Below are positions 52,550 to 61,822 of a stretch of DNA of 64,000 nt, in pieces (position 1 is the first letter of the stretch; each line of letters starts with the position of its first letter). The notes beneath the pieces were generated by a model. The model saw only the letters and a program-made list of their open reading frames with translations. It did no database searches and was not told the origin of the DNA. The stretch lies in NCBI GenBank assembly GCA_963806855.1, contig CAWDYW010000001.1, positions 512,001-576,000 of the forward strand, read 5' to 3'. This DNA comes from an uncultured Verrucomicrobiae bacterium (GTDB taxonomy: Bacteria > Chlamydiota > Chlamydiia > Chlamydiales > Rhabdochlamydiaceae). The position numbers were made by a program, and so were the translations under genes.

Positions 52550-53090
52550 CGGTTCGAGTATCCACTTTGATTTTTTCTCCCTGATCGATGAAGATCGGGA
52601 CTTGGATTTTGGCCCCTGTATCGGTGATCGCAGCCTTGAGGACCCGCCCCGAAGTGTCGCCCCGCAGGCCGGGCGCAGTCTCGGTGATGGTCATCTCCAT
52701 AAAGGTAGGGGGGATGAAATCGATCACTTCGCCTTTATAATAGATTAGCTCGTACTCGGTATCTTCCTTGCACCAGATCTCTTTGTCGCCGATCACTGAG
52801 CCGGGGATGGTATGCTGTTCAAAAGTTTTTTCATCCATGAAGACAAAGTCCTCTCCTTCGCGGTAGAGGAGGCGCATGGTCTCTTCTTCGACGTCCGCTA
52901 TATCGAGTTTTTCACCCGAGCGGAATGTTTTCTCTACGACTCTCCCAGTCTTTAAATGTTTGAGTTTGACTCGGTTAAACGGTTGGCCTTTCCCTGGCTT
53001 AACAAATTCGTTGGTGACCAGGAGATAAGGTTCTCCCTCAACTTCAACTTTCATTCCGGGTTTAAAATCGTTTGTACTTACCTGTGCCAT
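52527..53090 (-). CDS. efp: Elongation factor P
   Basis: Motifs FVKPGKGQ, PGLRGDT, VPIFI and VDTRTGEYVSR. Confidence 0.95.
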   Translation of the reverse strand: MAQVSTNDFKPGMKVEVEGEPYLLVTNEFVKPGKGQPFNRVKLKHLKTGRVVEKTFRSGEKLDIADVEEETMRLLYREGEDFVFMDEKTFEQHTIPGSVIGDKEIWCKEDTEYELIYYKGEVIDFIPPTFMEMTITETAPGLRGDTSGRVLKAAITDTGAKIQVPIFIDQGEKIKVDTRTGEYVSRL

Positions 53091-53133
53091 TTATATTCCC
53101 TGTTTAAAATCCACGATTTTGGCCAATTTCCTA

Positions 53134-54486
53134 TTAAACTGCAAGTGGGTGGGGCTGAATGGGTCCACGGTAGTGGGGAGGCTGTCTTTGATTTTGCACA
53201 GCTTGCTGTATAGCGTATTTTATCAGTTCTGGAAGCTCAACTTTTAGTTGGGCGGCCAGCTTATTTAAGTCCGCAGTTAATTGTTGATTGTCCCGATTAA
53301 TCCCTTGTGCTTCTTCATTACGCTGTTTCTGTGCTTCGAGAATATGGGCTTCGAATTGCTCGCGGAGCTCTGCAAACTTTCTTTTGTCTTCTTCGAAGAT
53401 TAGCTTTTCTTTCTTTAATGACTCTATGTCTGCTTGAATTTCTGCTTTGTTATTTTGGAAGGTCTCTCTCATCGTCGCAATCGTTGAAGAGGTCATCGTC
53501 TCAAATTCTGACACGATGAACATTGACGCTTTTCTCAAGTTTTCTATAGCCTTAGCATTTCGCTCGTCCATTTGCCCCATCATGTGACTGCAAATTTGCT
53601 GAACGTTGGATTTATAATCGTTGAAATTTTGACGTGCCAATTCAAGGGCCTCTTCTTGTCCACGTTGTCCATTTTCTAAAAGTTCCTTGAGTTGTTCTGC
53701 CATGATCGCATGTTGGAGTTGGAGTTCTCTATAATCCTCATTCAGAGAGCTCTGATCTGCGTTGTTGGCTTGATGGACTGCATTATTGCCTTGCTGCACT
53801 GCGGTGGTGGCTTGATGGGCTGCATTATTGCCTTGTTGCACTGCGTTGTTGGCTTGATGGACTGCATTATTGCCTTGCTGCACTGAGTTGTTGCCTTGAT
53901 GGACTGCATTATTGCCTTGATGGACTGCATTATTGCCTTGCTGAACTGCATTGTTGAGTGAATGTGTTTCATTATTGACTTGCTGTATTGCATTATTAAC
54001 TTGATGCACAGCATTGTTAGCTCTATGATCAGCATTCAGAGCTTCATGTACGAGATTGTGATACCCATACTTTTCATTCTCCTGCTTCATTCGCTCGATG
54101 CTTTGATGTAACTCGAGATTGTTCTTTTTGAGTTGGAGATTCAAGAGCCCATATTTGTACCCCTCTTCCTTGATGACGGAGGTTGCCCGATCGAGATTGG
54201 CAAATTCCTTGAGGTCTTTGATCGTTTTGACAAAGAGGGCGCTCATCGCAGCAGAGATCACTCCAGCCAAGAAATATCCCCCAAGAACCAGAAAAATCGC
54301 TTGGACCAGTTCATAGACTGCTGCAGCTGTCAAAATCTTATCTCGCCAGGAGCCAAGTGTGTTAATGAGGAACCCCTTGACTCTTGATCCCCAATGGCGG
54401 GGGGCAGCGACAAGTTCATGGTCAAAGTGTGGTGTCATAGAAATCGCATGAATCATACCAACCTCTCTAAATAGATTAGGGGCCAA
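53134..54486 (-). CDS. Inc-like protein with Asn/His/Gln heptad repeats and a coiled coil
   Basis: Bilobed hydrophobic stretch at aa ~51-86, NNAV(H/Q)Q(G/A) repeats, helical C-terminus. Confidence 0.75.
   Translation of the reverse strand: MAPNLFREVGMIHAISMTPHFDHELVAAPRHWGSRVKGFLINTLGSWRDKILTAAAVYELVQAIFLVLGGYFLAGVISAAMSALFVKTIKDLKEFANLDRATSVIKEEGYKYGLLNLQLKKNNLELHQSIERMKQENEKYGYHNLVHEALNADHRANNAVHQVNNAIQQVNNETHSLNNAVQQGNNAVHQGNNAVHQGNNSVQQGNNAVHQANNAVQQGNNAAHQATTAVQQGNNAVHQANNADQSSLNEDYRELQLQHAIMAEQLKELLENGQRGQEEALELARQNFNDYKSNVQQICSHMMGQMDERNAKAIENLRKASMFIVSEFETMTSSTIATMRETFQNNKAEIQADIESLKKEKLIFEEDKRKFAELREQFEAHILEAQKQRNEEAQGINRDNQQLTADLNKLAAQLKVELPELIKYAIQQAVQNQRQPPHYRGPIQPHPLAV
53752..54060 (-). 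repeat. 21-bp coding tandem repeat (~14 units)
   Basis: Units such as TGCATTATTGCCTTGATGGAC on the + strand. Confidence 0.85.
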
Positions 54487-54535
54487 GTGTAAATCAACTT
54501 TGAATTTTATTCAAATTGGTGGCAAAAGGTGAGTT

Positions 54536-55345
54536 ATGACAGAAAAAATCGGCGAAGAGCAATTTGCACGTGATACTTTAGAGCGCTATAGTGGAAGCTC
54601 CTATGCCGATTTTCAGTCGAATCTGATTCTGACCAACTTCCCCCAATATGTAGAATATTTTGCCAAGACCCGTCGGATCAAGGTGCATGAGGGATCGATG
54701 TTTAAAGCGGCCCATTGCACTAAAGAGGGGATCAGCATTCTCGATTTTAAAATTGGCTCCCCAGCTGCAGCTCTCGTTGTCGATCTCTGCTCCTTTTTGC
54801 CGATCAAATCGGCCGTTCTTTTAGGGATGTGCGGGGGCTTAAGACGCCGTTATAAGGTGGGCGATTACCTGGTTCCGGTTGCGAGCATTCGCGATGAGGG
54901 GACCTCGAATTTCTATTTCCCTCCTGAAGTTCCAGCTCTGGCCAACTTTTTGATGCAAAAGGCGGTGACCCAAGTTCTCGATGAGCAAAATGCCACCTAT
55001 CACATCGGCATCACCTTCACTTCGAACATGCGTTTTTGGGAATTCAACGAAGAGTTCAAAACTCGGCTGAAAGCGACTAAAGCTCAGGCCTATGAGATGG
55101 AGTGTGCCACCCTTTTCGCCGCAAGCTATAAGCGGAAGTTTACGCTCGGTGCCCTCCTGCTGATTTCGGATCTGCCGCTCAATGAAGACGGGGTGAAGAC
55201 GAAGAAAAGCTCTGCCCATGTTTTCGAGACCTACATGGCCGATCATGTCGAGAAAGGGGCTGCAATTTTAAAAGCTGCCCGCGGAATGCAAGAGCTCAAT
55301 ATCAAAGGGGCTTATCACCGCAATATCGGCATCAGAAAGAAATAA
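54536..55345 (+). CDS. amn: AMP nucleosidase (short chlamydial/Bacteroidetes type)
   Basis: Motifs LERYSGS, ILTNF, IGSPAAAL, LGMCGGL, RDEGTS and EMECATL. Confidence 0.88.
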   Translation: MTEKIGEEQFARDTLERYSGSSYADFQSNLILTNFPQYVEYFAKTRRIKVHEGSMFKAAHCTKEGISILDFKIGSPAAALVVDLCSFLPIKSAVLLGMCGGLRRRYKVGDYLVPVASIRDEGTSNFYFPPEVPALANFLMQKAVTQVLDEQNATYHIGITFTSNMRFWEFNEEFKTRLKATKAQAYEMECATLFAASYKRKFTLGALLLISDLPLNEDGVKTKKSSAHVFETYMADHVEKGAAILKAARGMQELNIKGAYHRNIGIRKK

Positions 55346-55403
55346 AAAATTTTCTTGAATGTAATTAAGTACCCTTATATCACAGGTTTAGGGGAGAAAA
55401 GAT

Positions 55404-55778
55404 ATGAGAGCTCTTTTGCTATGTGCATTACTGCTGGGCTTCACTGCCTGTGGTTCTATCAATGAAATGAATTCGAATATGGTCAGGACCAATGAGCTGA
55501 TGGATGAGAACATCGTCGTGACCAGTAGTGCTCAGACCACGATCCAAAAAAACACAGCCGCTGTTACCCATTCTACAGATTCGATGGTCGAGTTCGAAGA
55601 TATTATCGCCGATAATACCCAGACAGTCTCGAGGGTCATCCATGAAGTGCAAGCCCATTCCCATGTCTTATCGCTGGGAGTGATCGCCTTTCTGGTGCTC
55701 CTCTTTCTCCCCTCCCTTATCTTGGTGATTTTTTACTTCAGGTTCCTTCGTTCTATGAAGTCTTACATGAGGAAATAA
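55404..55778 (+). CDS. Small lipoprotein with C-terminal TM helix, paralog 1
   Basis: Lipobox GFTAC-GS, heptad-patterned N/T-rich middle, TM LGVIAFLVLLFLPSLILVIFY and basic tail. Confidence 0.75.
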   Translation: MRALLLCALLLGFTACGSINEMNSNMVRTNELMDENIVVTSSAQTTIQKNTAAVTHSTDSMVEFEDIIADNTQTVSRVIHEVQAHSHVLSLGVIAFLVLLFLPSLILVIFYFRFLRSMKSYMRK

Positions 55779-55779
55779 T

Positions 55780-56154
55780 ATGAGAGCAAAATTTTTAGGG
55801 TTACTTCTTCTCTGCTTCACTGGTTGCGCGACGATCAGTACCCTGAACAACAACATGACGACCATGAATGATACGATCCAGGAGAACATCGAAACAATGG
55901 AGGTGTCTGGTCAGAAGATCGATGCCAATACTGCCGAAGTGATCCGCTCAACTAACCAAGCTGAAGAATTCAAAAAAATCATCTCTTCCAATACAGATTC
56001 AATGAAGAATGGAATAGACGGGGTTAAAAAGCATACCGGGTTATTCCCCATCGTCTTTATCGCCCTCGTCGCTCTGCTATTTTTACCTACCGCGATCTGC
56101 CTAGTTTTTTACCACAAATTCTTCCAGCATATGCGGCCAAATTCTAAGAGGTAA
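55780..56154 (+). CDS. Small lipoprotein with C-terminal TM helix, paralog 2
   Basis: Lipobox FTGC-AT, ENI...VIRSTN and TM IVFIALVALLFLPTAICLVFY. Confidence 0.75.
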   Translation: MRAKFLGLLLLCFTGCATISTLNNNMTTMNDTIQENIETMEVSGQKIDANTAEVIRSTNQAEEFKKIISSNTDSMKNGIDGVKKHTGLFPIVFIALVALLFLPTAICLVFYHKFFQHMRPNSKR

Positions 56155-56156
56155 AT

Positions 56157-56513
56157 GTGATTAAAGGTATAGTTTTGTCGCTTTTGCTCGTCTGCTTTGC
56201 CGGGTGCGGGTCCGTGGGGGACTTGTACCATAATATGCTTGATACCAATGAGAAGATGGAAGCGAACATCGTCGTTTTGAGCGATGTGAAAGAGACTGTT
56301 TTAGAGAATCAGTTCCAAGTGGTCCGCTCAACCAATGAGATCAAGCAGCTCGCCGAGGTAAACGGGGAGAACATGGAGGTCATCAAAAATACGATGGCAG
56401 TCTTAGGGCCCTTCGATGTGCACAAGCTAGCTGGACTCGGCCTGCTGCTGCTGCTCTTCGTCCCTTGCCTAATCCTCGCCTTCTCGTACTTCAGCCTCCC
56501 CCGCAAGCGCTAG
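56157..56513 (+). CDS. Small lipoprotein with C-terminal TM helix, paralog 3
   Basis: Lipobox FAGC-GS, ANI...VVRSTN and TM LAGLGLLLLLFVPCLILAFSY. Confidence 0.72.
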   Translation: MIKGIVLSLLLVCFAGCGSVGDLYHNMLDTNEKMEANIVVLSDVKETVLENQFQVVRSTNEIKQLAEVNGENMEVIKNTMAVLGPFDVHKLAGLGLLLLLFVPCLILAFSYFSLPRKR

Positions 56514-56675
56514 GGCGTGTCGTCAATTCCGAGTCTGCTGAATTCGAGTTCTTTTCCCCTAGGATGCAATAGCAGATCGGGGGTAATATTAGCAGATATA
56601 ACCCCCGATCTGCTATTGCATCCTAGGGAGAAAATAATCTCGAATTCAGCCACTCGGAATTGACGACACGCCCTA
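56511..56675. mobile_element. 165-bp fully palindromic MITE-like element, family B
   Basis: TAGGGCGTGTCGTCAATTCCGAGT ... ACTCGGAATTGACGACACGCCCTA; perfect inner stem CCCTAGGATGCAATAGCAGATCGGGGGT; TA at both ends. Confidence 0.85.
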
Positions 56676-56706
56676 ATAAAAACGCAAAGCTAAGCATTAA
56701 TCGATT

Positions 56707-57885
56707 TTAGACTTTTGGAGGGAATAATTTTGTATTCCTATATTCCCTGGTGAGAACTACCGGCTCTTGTGGAGCAGGCGCTACAGGCTGTACTTGTACG
56801 ATCGGCAATACCGCAGGTTGAGCTGGCTGTACTGCTGCCTGCTGAGGAATTGGGTGTGCTGCGGGCAATCCTAGAGCAGGCCGGTCATTTGGTGGATTTG
56901 TGGGAGCTTGAATAGCTGATGCCATTGCTCCTAGTGCTTGGTCATTCCATTCCTTCAAGGATCTGGAAATGTCAGCAGCAGCATTTTTCTCTAGATCGGT
57001 TGCATAGTAAAATTCATAAAGTTCAGCGAGGTTCTTTAGTATTGGTTTTAATCTTTCGTAATCAGGACCAGTACAGTTTCTCAGTTGATGATATTTGATC
57101 TCATGTGCGATCATGCGTTCTTGCATCATTGCACCAGGCAGGGCATTAATAGCACTACCCATCATTCCCCTTACCATCGCTTCCTTCATATCTTTAGTCA
57201 AGGTTTGTCCATTCAGATAGTTAGTCAGTAATTGATGGGTTCCTGCATTGACGGTTCCGGCGGCAGTTTCACTGATCATAGTATGAAGAAATACCTCCAT
57301 CCGAAGAGCCTCCCTGTTAAGGCATAATTCCTCGATTTTTTTATAAGACATATCGTCAGTTATAGAACCCCAGAGGCCTATTGAAACAGTTTCAAAAGTT
57401 CCTTGTAGAGCCAAACCTCCACAGGCACCGGCTGCTCCAGAGACGAGGGTCTCATGAAGAGTAATTTCTTTTCCATCGACCTTTTGGCGGACACAATGAG
57501 CTACCATGTTTCCGCTTCCCTGCCTTGCCATTGCAGGTGCTGCCCTACGGAAAAATCCTAGTAATGGGGCGACCTTGTCTGCAGCTTTACTTGCAATCCC
57601 TGACAAGGGGCCGGAGTAATTGGCAATTGTTCCAATAATCGGAGAGACCAGTTTATTTGCCATGTCCAGCACTGGCTTTGCTAAATTCATGGCCGGTTGA
57701 ACTAAACCGCTTGCAGATCCAAAGATCACGCCAGACGCCACACTGGATACTGCACCAACTTTCATGCTGCTATCAAAACCGTTTTCATTTATCTGCTCAG
57801 GCTTCGATCCATAGGCATACATAAACCCCGCAACACCCGCTGAAGCAACGGCCCCTCCGGCAGCAATTGGAGCCCCTAACGCCAT
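56707..57885 (-). CDS. Hypothetical Gly/Ala-rich membrane-interacting protein; N-terminus possibly frameshifted
   Basis: Repeated GAxxG hydrophobic blocks and a Pro/Gln tail; upstream ATG at 58016 is out of frame across a G7 run (57974-57980). Confidence 0.65.
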   Translation of the reverse strand: MALGAPIAAGGAVASAGVAGFMYAYGSKPEQINENGFDSSMKVGAVSSVASGVIFGSASGLVQPAMNLAKPVLDMANKLVSPIIGTIANYSGPLSGIASKAADKVAPLLGFFRRAAPAMARQGSGNMVAHCVRQKVDGKEITLHETLVSGAAGACGGLALQGTFETVSIGLWGSITDDMSYKKIEELCLNREALRMEVFLHTMISETAAGTVNAGTHQLLTNYLNGQTLTKDMKEAMVRGMMGSAINALPGAMMQERMIAHEIKYHQLRNCTGPDYERLKPILKNLAELYEFYYATDLEKNAAADISRSLKEWNDQALGAMASAIQAPTNPPNDRPALGLPAAHPIPQQAAVQPAQPAVLPIVQVQPVAPAPQEPVVLTREYRNTKLFPPKV

Positions 57886-58182
57886 GAGTGCTCCTCCAGC
57901 GAGAATGACTACGACCCCGCGGCAACAGCAATCGTCCCTAAGATCTTTTCCCTCTAATATTAGTGGGTGCCTAGGGGGGGCGTGCCTCTAGGAGAAAGAG
58001 GTTGGGCGGAACTCATACTTATCCTTAGTTTTTTTGTTTTGAAAGGAAGAAGCTAACAGAACGGAAGAGAATTTTGCAACAGTTATACTGCGCCCGCTTA
58101 AGTTTTTTTTCTCTCCTTTAAATTGCTCTTTCGCTAAAATTACTTTATCTACTAACCCATAAAATAACTTGGAGACGCAAAC

Positions 58183-58809
58183 ATGGATACTAAATATTTC
58201 ACATTAATCGACGGAGGATGTAATGACAGGGACGCTTTTGATTTCGATCCCCATACTTGTGGATCGGATTCTAGAACTAGGAGAATTGGGCATCTGATTC
58301 GATTTTCTTTCCCCGCTGTTCAGAAAGCAATGGTACAAGACCTCATCTTAACAAATCCTGAGAATCCTGAGGTTAAAGATCCTGCAGTAGGAGCCATTGA
58401 CTTTATCCGTTGGGAGGGTGCACCAAATGATAATATGGACTTAGGTGTGAAGATTTCATTTCAGAATAGGGCTATCTTGCAAGAGGCTCTTTCTTGTACA
58501 AATGAAACTCCAGAATTTGAAGTTGAATTTGTGGTTTATGATTACGATTACAATAAAAAAACCTATTTCAAAAGATTTTACACGGTAAAAAATCCGATAA
58601 AATTTTCTATTTCAGAAGCTTCTAGATTAAATATTTATGAAGAGCCAGACAACTATATTAAAAAGCCAATTGTGTTTTTCCTTCAGGTTTCCCTGACGCC
58701 CATGAATGGCATCAAGGATCAGGAAGTTGGTTTTGCTTTTAGCTCTACAAGCCCTAAATTTACCCGAGAGGTTGGTGAGTCCAATGTCTTAACATTGGCT
58801 GCGAGGTAA
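58183..58809 (+). CDS. Hypothetical beta-rich protein, first gene of the hscC operon
   Basis: 208 aa with GGAG RBS; stop lies 2 nt before the hscC start. Confidence 0.8.
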   Translation: MDTKYFTLIDGGCNDRDAFDFDPHTCGSDSRTRRIGHLIRFSFPAVQKAMVQDLILTNPENPEVKDPAVGAIDFIRWEGAPNDNMDLGVKISFQNRAILQEALSCTNETPEFEVEFVVYDYDYNKKTYFKRFYTVKNPIKFSISEASRLNIYEEPDNYIKKPIVFFLQVSLTPMNGIKDQEVGFAFSSTSPKFTREVGESNVLTLAAR

Positions 58810-58811
58810 AG

Positions 58812-60503
58812 ATGATTGTAGGGATCGATTTAGGGACAACCAATAGCTTGATTGCGGTTTGGGAAGAGGGTAAGCCTAAGTTGATCCCGAATGCCCAGGG
58901 GAAAACCCTAACTCCTTCTGTTGTCAGTCTAGATTCTGCGGGCAATATTGTCGTTGGCAAGGCGGCGATTGATCAATTGGATGCTCATAACCAGCTTTCT
59001 TTGGCCAATTTTAAGCGCTACATGGGGACAAATAAAATCCTTCATTTGGGCCCGCATAGTTTTCGTCCAGAAGAGCTAAGCGCCTTAATTTTAAAGAGCC
59101 TGATCCGGGATGCTGAAGCCTATCTAAATACCAAAATCACCGAGGCGGTCATCACGGTACCGGCCTATTTCAATGACACACAGCGAAAGGCTACCCGCTT
59201 GGCTGGAGAGTTAGCCGGACTGAAAGTGGAGCGGCTTCTGAATGAACCCACTGCAGCAGCTCTGGCTTATGGCTTGCACAATAGAGAAGCAGAGTCTAAG
59301 TTTTTAATCTTCGATTTGGGTGGCGGGACATTTGACGTCTCGATCGTCGAGCTGTTCAGCGGAGTCATCGAGGTCCGTTCAAGCGCTGGAGACAATCGTC
59401 TAGGCGGCGAGGATTTTACCGATGCTTTGGAAGGCTATCTTACACATGAACTATTTAAGCGGTATCAGATCGACTGCAGCACGTTTGATCCAAGTGCAAA
59501 GACACGTATGCGCCATCAAGTACAGATGGTCCTGCACCAATTGAGCATTAAGGATGAGGCCTGCTTTCGATTAGATGGACCTGTGGAGATTGTCGTGTCG
59601 GCTACAGAATTCAATGCCTGTGTAGAGCCTCTGATGGAGCGGATTAAGATTCCTCTTGCAAAAGCACTCAGAGATGCCCGCATCCTTCCCGAACAGCTCG
59701 ATTTGGTGATTCTTGTCGGCGGCGCCACTCGGATGCCGTTGATCGGAAGGGAAGTGGCCAAGATGTTTGGGAAATTCCCTCAGTTGGTCTTACATCCAGA
59801 TGAAGCTGTCGCACTGGGCGCGGCTGTTCAAGCTGCCCTTAAGGAGAGGCACGAAGATGTTTCAGATGTGGTCATCACAGATGTGTGCCCCTATTCATTG
59901 GGGACAGATGTGCGAGCGTATAAGCATCGAACGAGCAGCGGCGTGAAATTTCTTCCGATTATTGAACGAAATACGACGATCCCCGCCAGCCGGGTGGAGA
60001 GACTCGTTACGGCTTCTGATTATCAAACTAGCTTGAAAATCCCCGTCTATCAGGGTGAGAGCTACAATGTGGAAGAAAATATTAAAATTGGAGAGCTTCT
60101 CATTACTTTGCCGCCAGCTCCTGCAGGGGAAGAGGCCTTTGATATCCGTTTCACTTACGATATCAATGGGTTGCTGGAAGTGGAAGTGGCCATTGTCAGT
60201 ACGGGTAAGAAAAAAATTGCGGTATTTAATAATCAGAGCCATCAGCTCTCCGAGCAGGAAATCACCGCTAGCCTAGAGAAGCTGCAAAGTTTAAAAGTCC
60301 ATCCGCGCGATCAGCTAGAAAATCGTAAAATCCTCGCTGAAATGGAAAATATCTATTCCTTCTTTAAAGGGGAGGAGCGGGAGATGGTCTCCGAGGAGAT
60401 TAGCAGATTTCAGTATGCTCTAGACACTCAAGATCCTGAAGTGATTGCAGAGGCAAGAGAAGAGGCGGCTGAATTCATTTCGAATTATAGGATGTTGTAT
60501 TGA
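58812..60503 (+). CDS. hscC: HscC (Hsc62)-type Hsp70 chaperone
   Basis: [59 protein letters not shown] and LKVHPRD; short 563-aa HscC architecture. Confidence 0.85.
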   Translation: MIVGIDLGTTNSLIAVWEEGKPKLIPNAQGKTLTPSVVSLDSAGNIVVGKAAIDQLDAHNQLSLANFKRYMGTNKILHLGPHSFRPEELSALILKSLIRDAEAYLNTKITEAVITVPAYFNDTQRKATRLAGELAGLKVERLLNEPTAAALAYGLHNREAESKFLIFDLGGGTFDVSIVELFSGVIEVRSSAGDNRLGGEDFTDALEGYLTHELFKRYQIDCSTFDPSAKTRMRHQVQMVLHQLSIKDEACFRLDGPVEIVVSATEFNACVEPLMERIKIPLAKALRDARILPEQLDLVILVGGATRMPLIGREVAKMFGKFPQLVLHPDEAVALGAAVQAALKERHEDVSDVVITDVCPYSLGTDVRAYKHRTSSGVKFLPIIERNTTIPASRVERLVTASDYQTSLKIPVYQGESYNVEENIKIGELLITLPPAPAGEEAFDIRFTYDINGLLEVEVAIVSTGKKKIAVFNNQSHQLSEQEITASLEKLQSLKVHPRDQLENRKILAEMENIYSFFKGEEREMVSEEISRFQYALDTQDPEVIAEAREEAAEFISNYRMLY

Positions 60504-61822
60504 CTGCGGATGAGCCTCCTCTTCTCACAGCTGCAAGGCAAGATGCCTATGGGCTGCTCGATCAATTATTAGAAGCGGGCGAGAATCCCAATCAAACGAA
60601 CAAGGACGGGGAAACAGCCCTTCTTTTGGCAGCTCAGCGGGGATTTGAAAAAGCTGTTTTTCGCCTCTTGCAAGCGGGAGCCGATGCTTTGAAAGTGGGC
60701 GGCGATATCACTCGAACTGTCTGTTCTAATGCGCTCGGTTTTGCTTTAAAAGATGGCAATCAGAAGATCATCCAAATGTTGATGAATTCGATTGAATTCG
60801 ACACCCTTGAAAAAATTTGTTGGTACCGTGGATGTGGAGGGAACGGATTCACTTCGTTTTTAGATAAAGGTCTTTTAACGATAGTGGATATCAGTTGTCA
60901 GCCTTCTACAATCGAATCTCTTCCACCGTTATTTCAAGCGATCTATAAAGATGACTTCGCCGCTTTTAAGCAATTGCTGGAAGAGGGCTCCGATCCCCAT
61001 GCGACATTAGGCAACGGACTGGCCCCACTACATATCGCGCTTGGGTTCCATCGCAATGCGATGTTCGATCTCTTGCTCGAATATAGTGTGAAACTCGATC
61101 AAAGGGATGCTCCCTACTATTATTCACCCCTTTTTGTAGCGGTCCATACAAAGAATCGGCATGCCTATCGCAAGCTCATTGATCTTGGAGCTCCCGACCT
61201 TCCTACAGGATATAACCACACAGCCCTTTTTGCTGCGGTTTACTCAGGTGACATGGAAGTCATCCAAGAGTTGATTGCACGTGGTTCAGATATCAAACAA
61301 TACGCCTGTCATGGTTGTTGCACTTTAGTCTATACAGCTGCTCGTTACGGCCATGTCAATGTACTCAAATATTTGCTCTCTTTAGGACTTCATCCCGATT
61401 GGGATGCAGAAGGTAACGCCTACTACTCTGAGACATTGTATGGCTCCCAATTCACCGCCCTCTCAGCTGCAGTGAAACATGGGGATGTCGAATCAGTTGA
61501 GCTCTTGCTCAATGCCGGCGCTGATCCCAATCGGAAATCCAATGGAATACCCCCGATCCATTTTGCAATGCCAAGCTACCGCTTTGTGGAAAGTGAAACG
61601 ATTGATTACCACGCCCTCATTCAGCGCTATCTCGCGATTATCGATCTTCTTCTAGCGCATGGCGCTAACATCGATCTCAAAGCAGACCACAACCAGATCC
61701 CCGCACTTACACAAGCCTATGCCACAGAGCAAAAGGAGATCGCGCTGCACTTGGTAAGATGTGGAGCGGCGAGTGACAAGAAAGATAAAAGGGGCAAATT
61801 CCCCTACGAGTACGCGCGATGA
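60500..61822 (+). CDS. Ankyrin repeat protein
   Basis: Repeated GETALLLAA, GLAPLHIA, TALFAAV and LLNAGADPN motifs; overlaps the hscC stop. Confidence 0.85.
   Translation: MTADEPPLLTAARQDAYGLLDQLLEAGENPNQTNKDGETALLLAAQRGFEKAVFRLLQAGADALKVGGDITRTVCSNALGFALKDGNQKIIQMLMNSIEFDTLEKICWYRGCGGNGFTSFLDKGLLTIVDISCQPSTIESLPPLFQAIYKDDFAAFKQLLEEGSDPHATLGNGLAPLHIALGFHRNAMFDLLLEYSVKLDQRDAPYYYSPLFVAVHTKNRHAYRKLIDLGAPDLPTGYNHTALFAAVYSGDMEVIQELIARGSDIKQYACHGCCTLVYTAARYGHVNVLKYLLSLGLHPDWDAEGNAYYSETLYGSQFTALSAAVKHGDVESVELLLNAGADPNRKSNGIPPIHFAMPSYRFVESETIDYHALIQRYLAIIDLLLAHGANIDLKADHNQIPALTQAYATEQKEIALHLVRCGAASDKKDKRGKFPYEYAR

Noticed and set aside
51629..53090. efp-epmA without epmB
   Set aside because: epmB may lie elsewhere in the genome; its absence cannot be judged from one window.
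53752..54060. CRISPR-like periodicity
   Set aside because: Contiguous 21-bp coding repeats without unique spacers; no cas genes in the window.
55404..56513. Prophage lysis cassette interpretation of the lipoprotein trio
   Set aside because: No holin, endolysin, integrase or virion genes nearby; only the topology resembles spanins.
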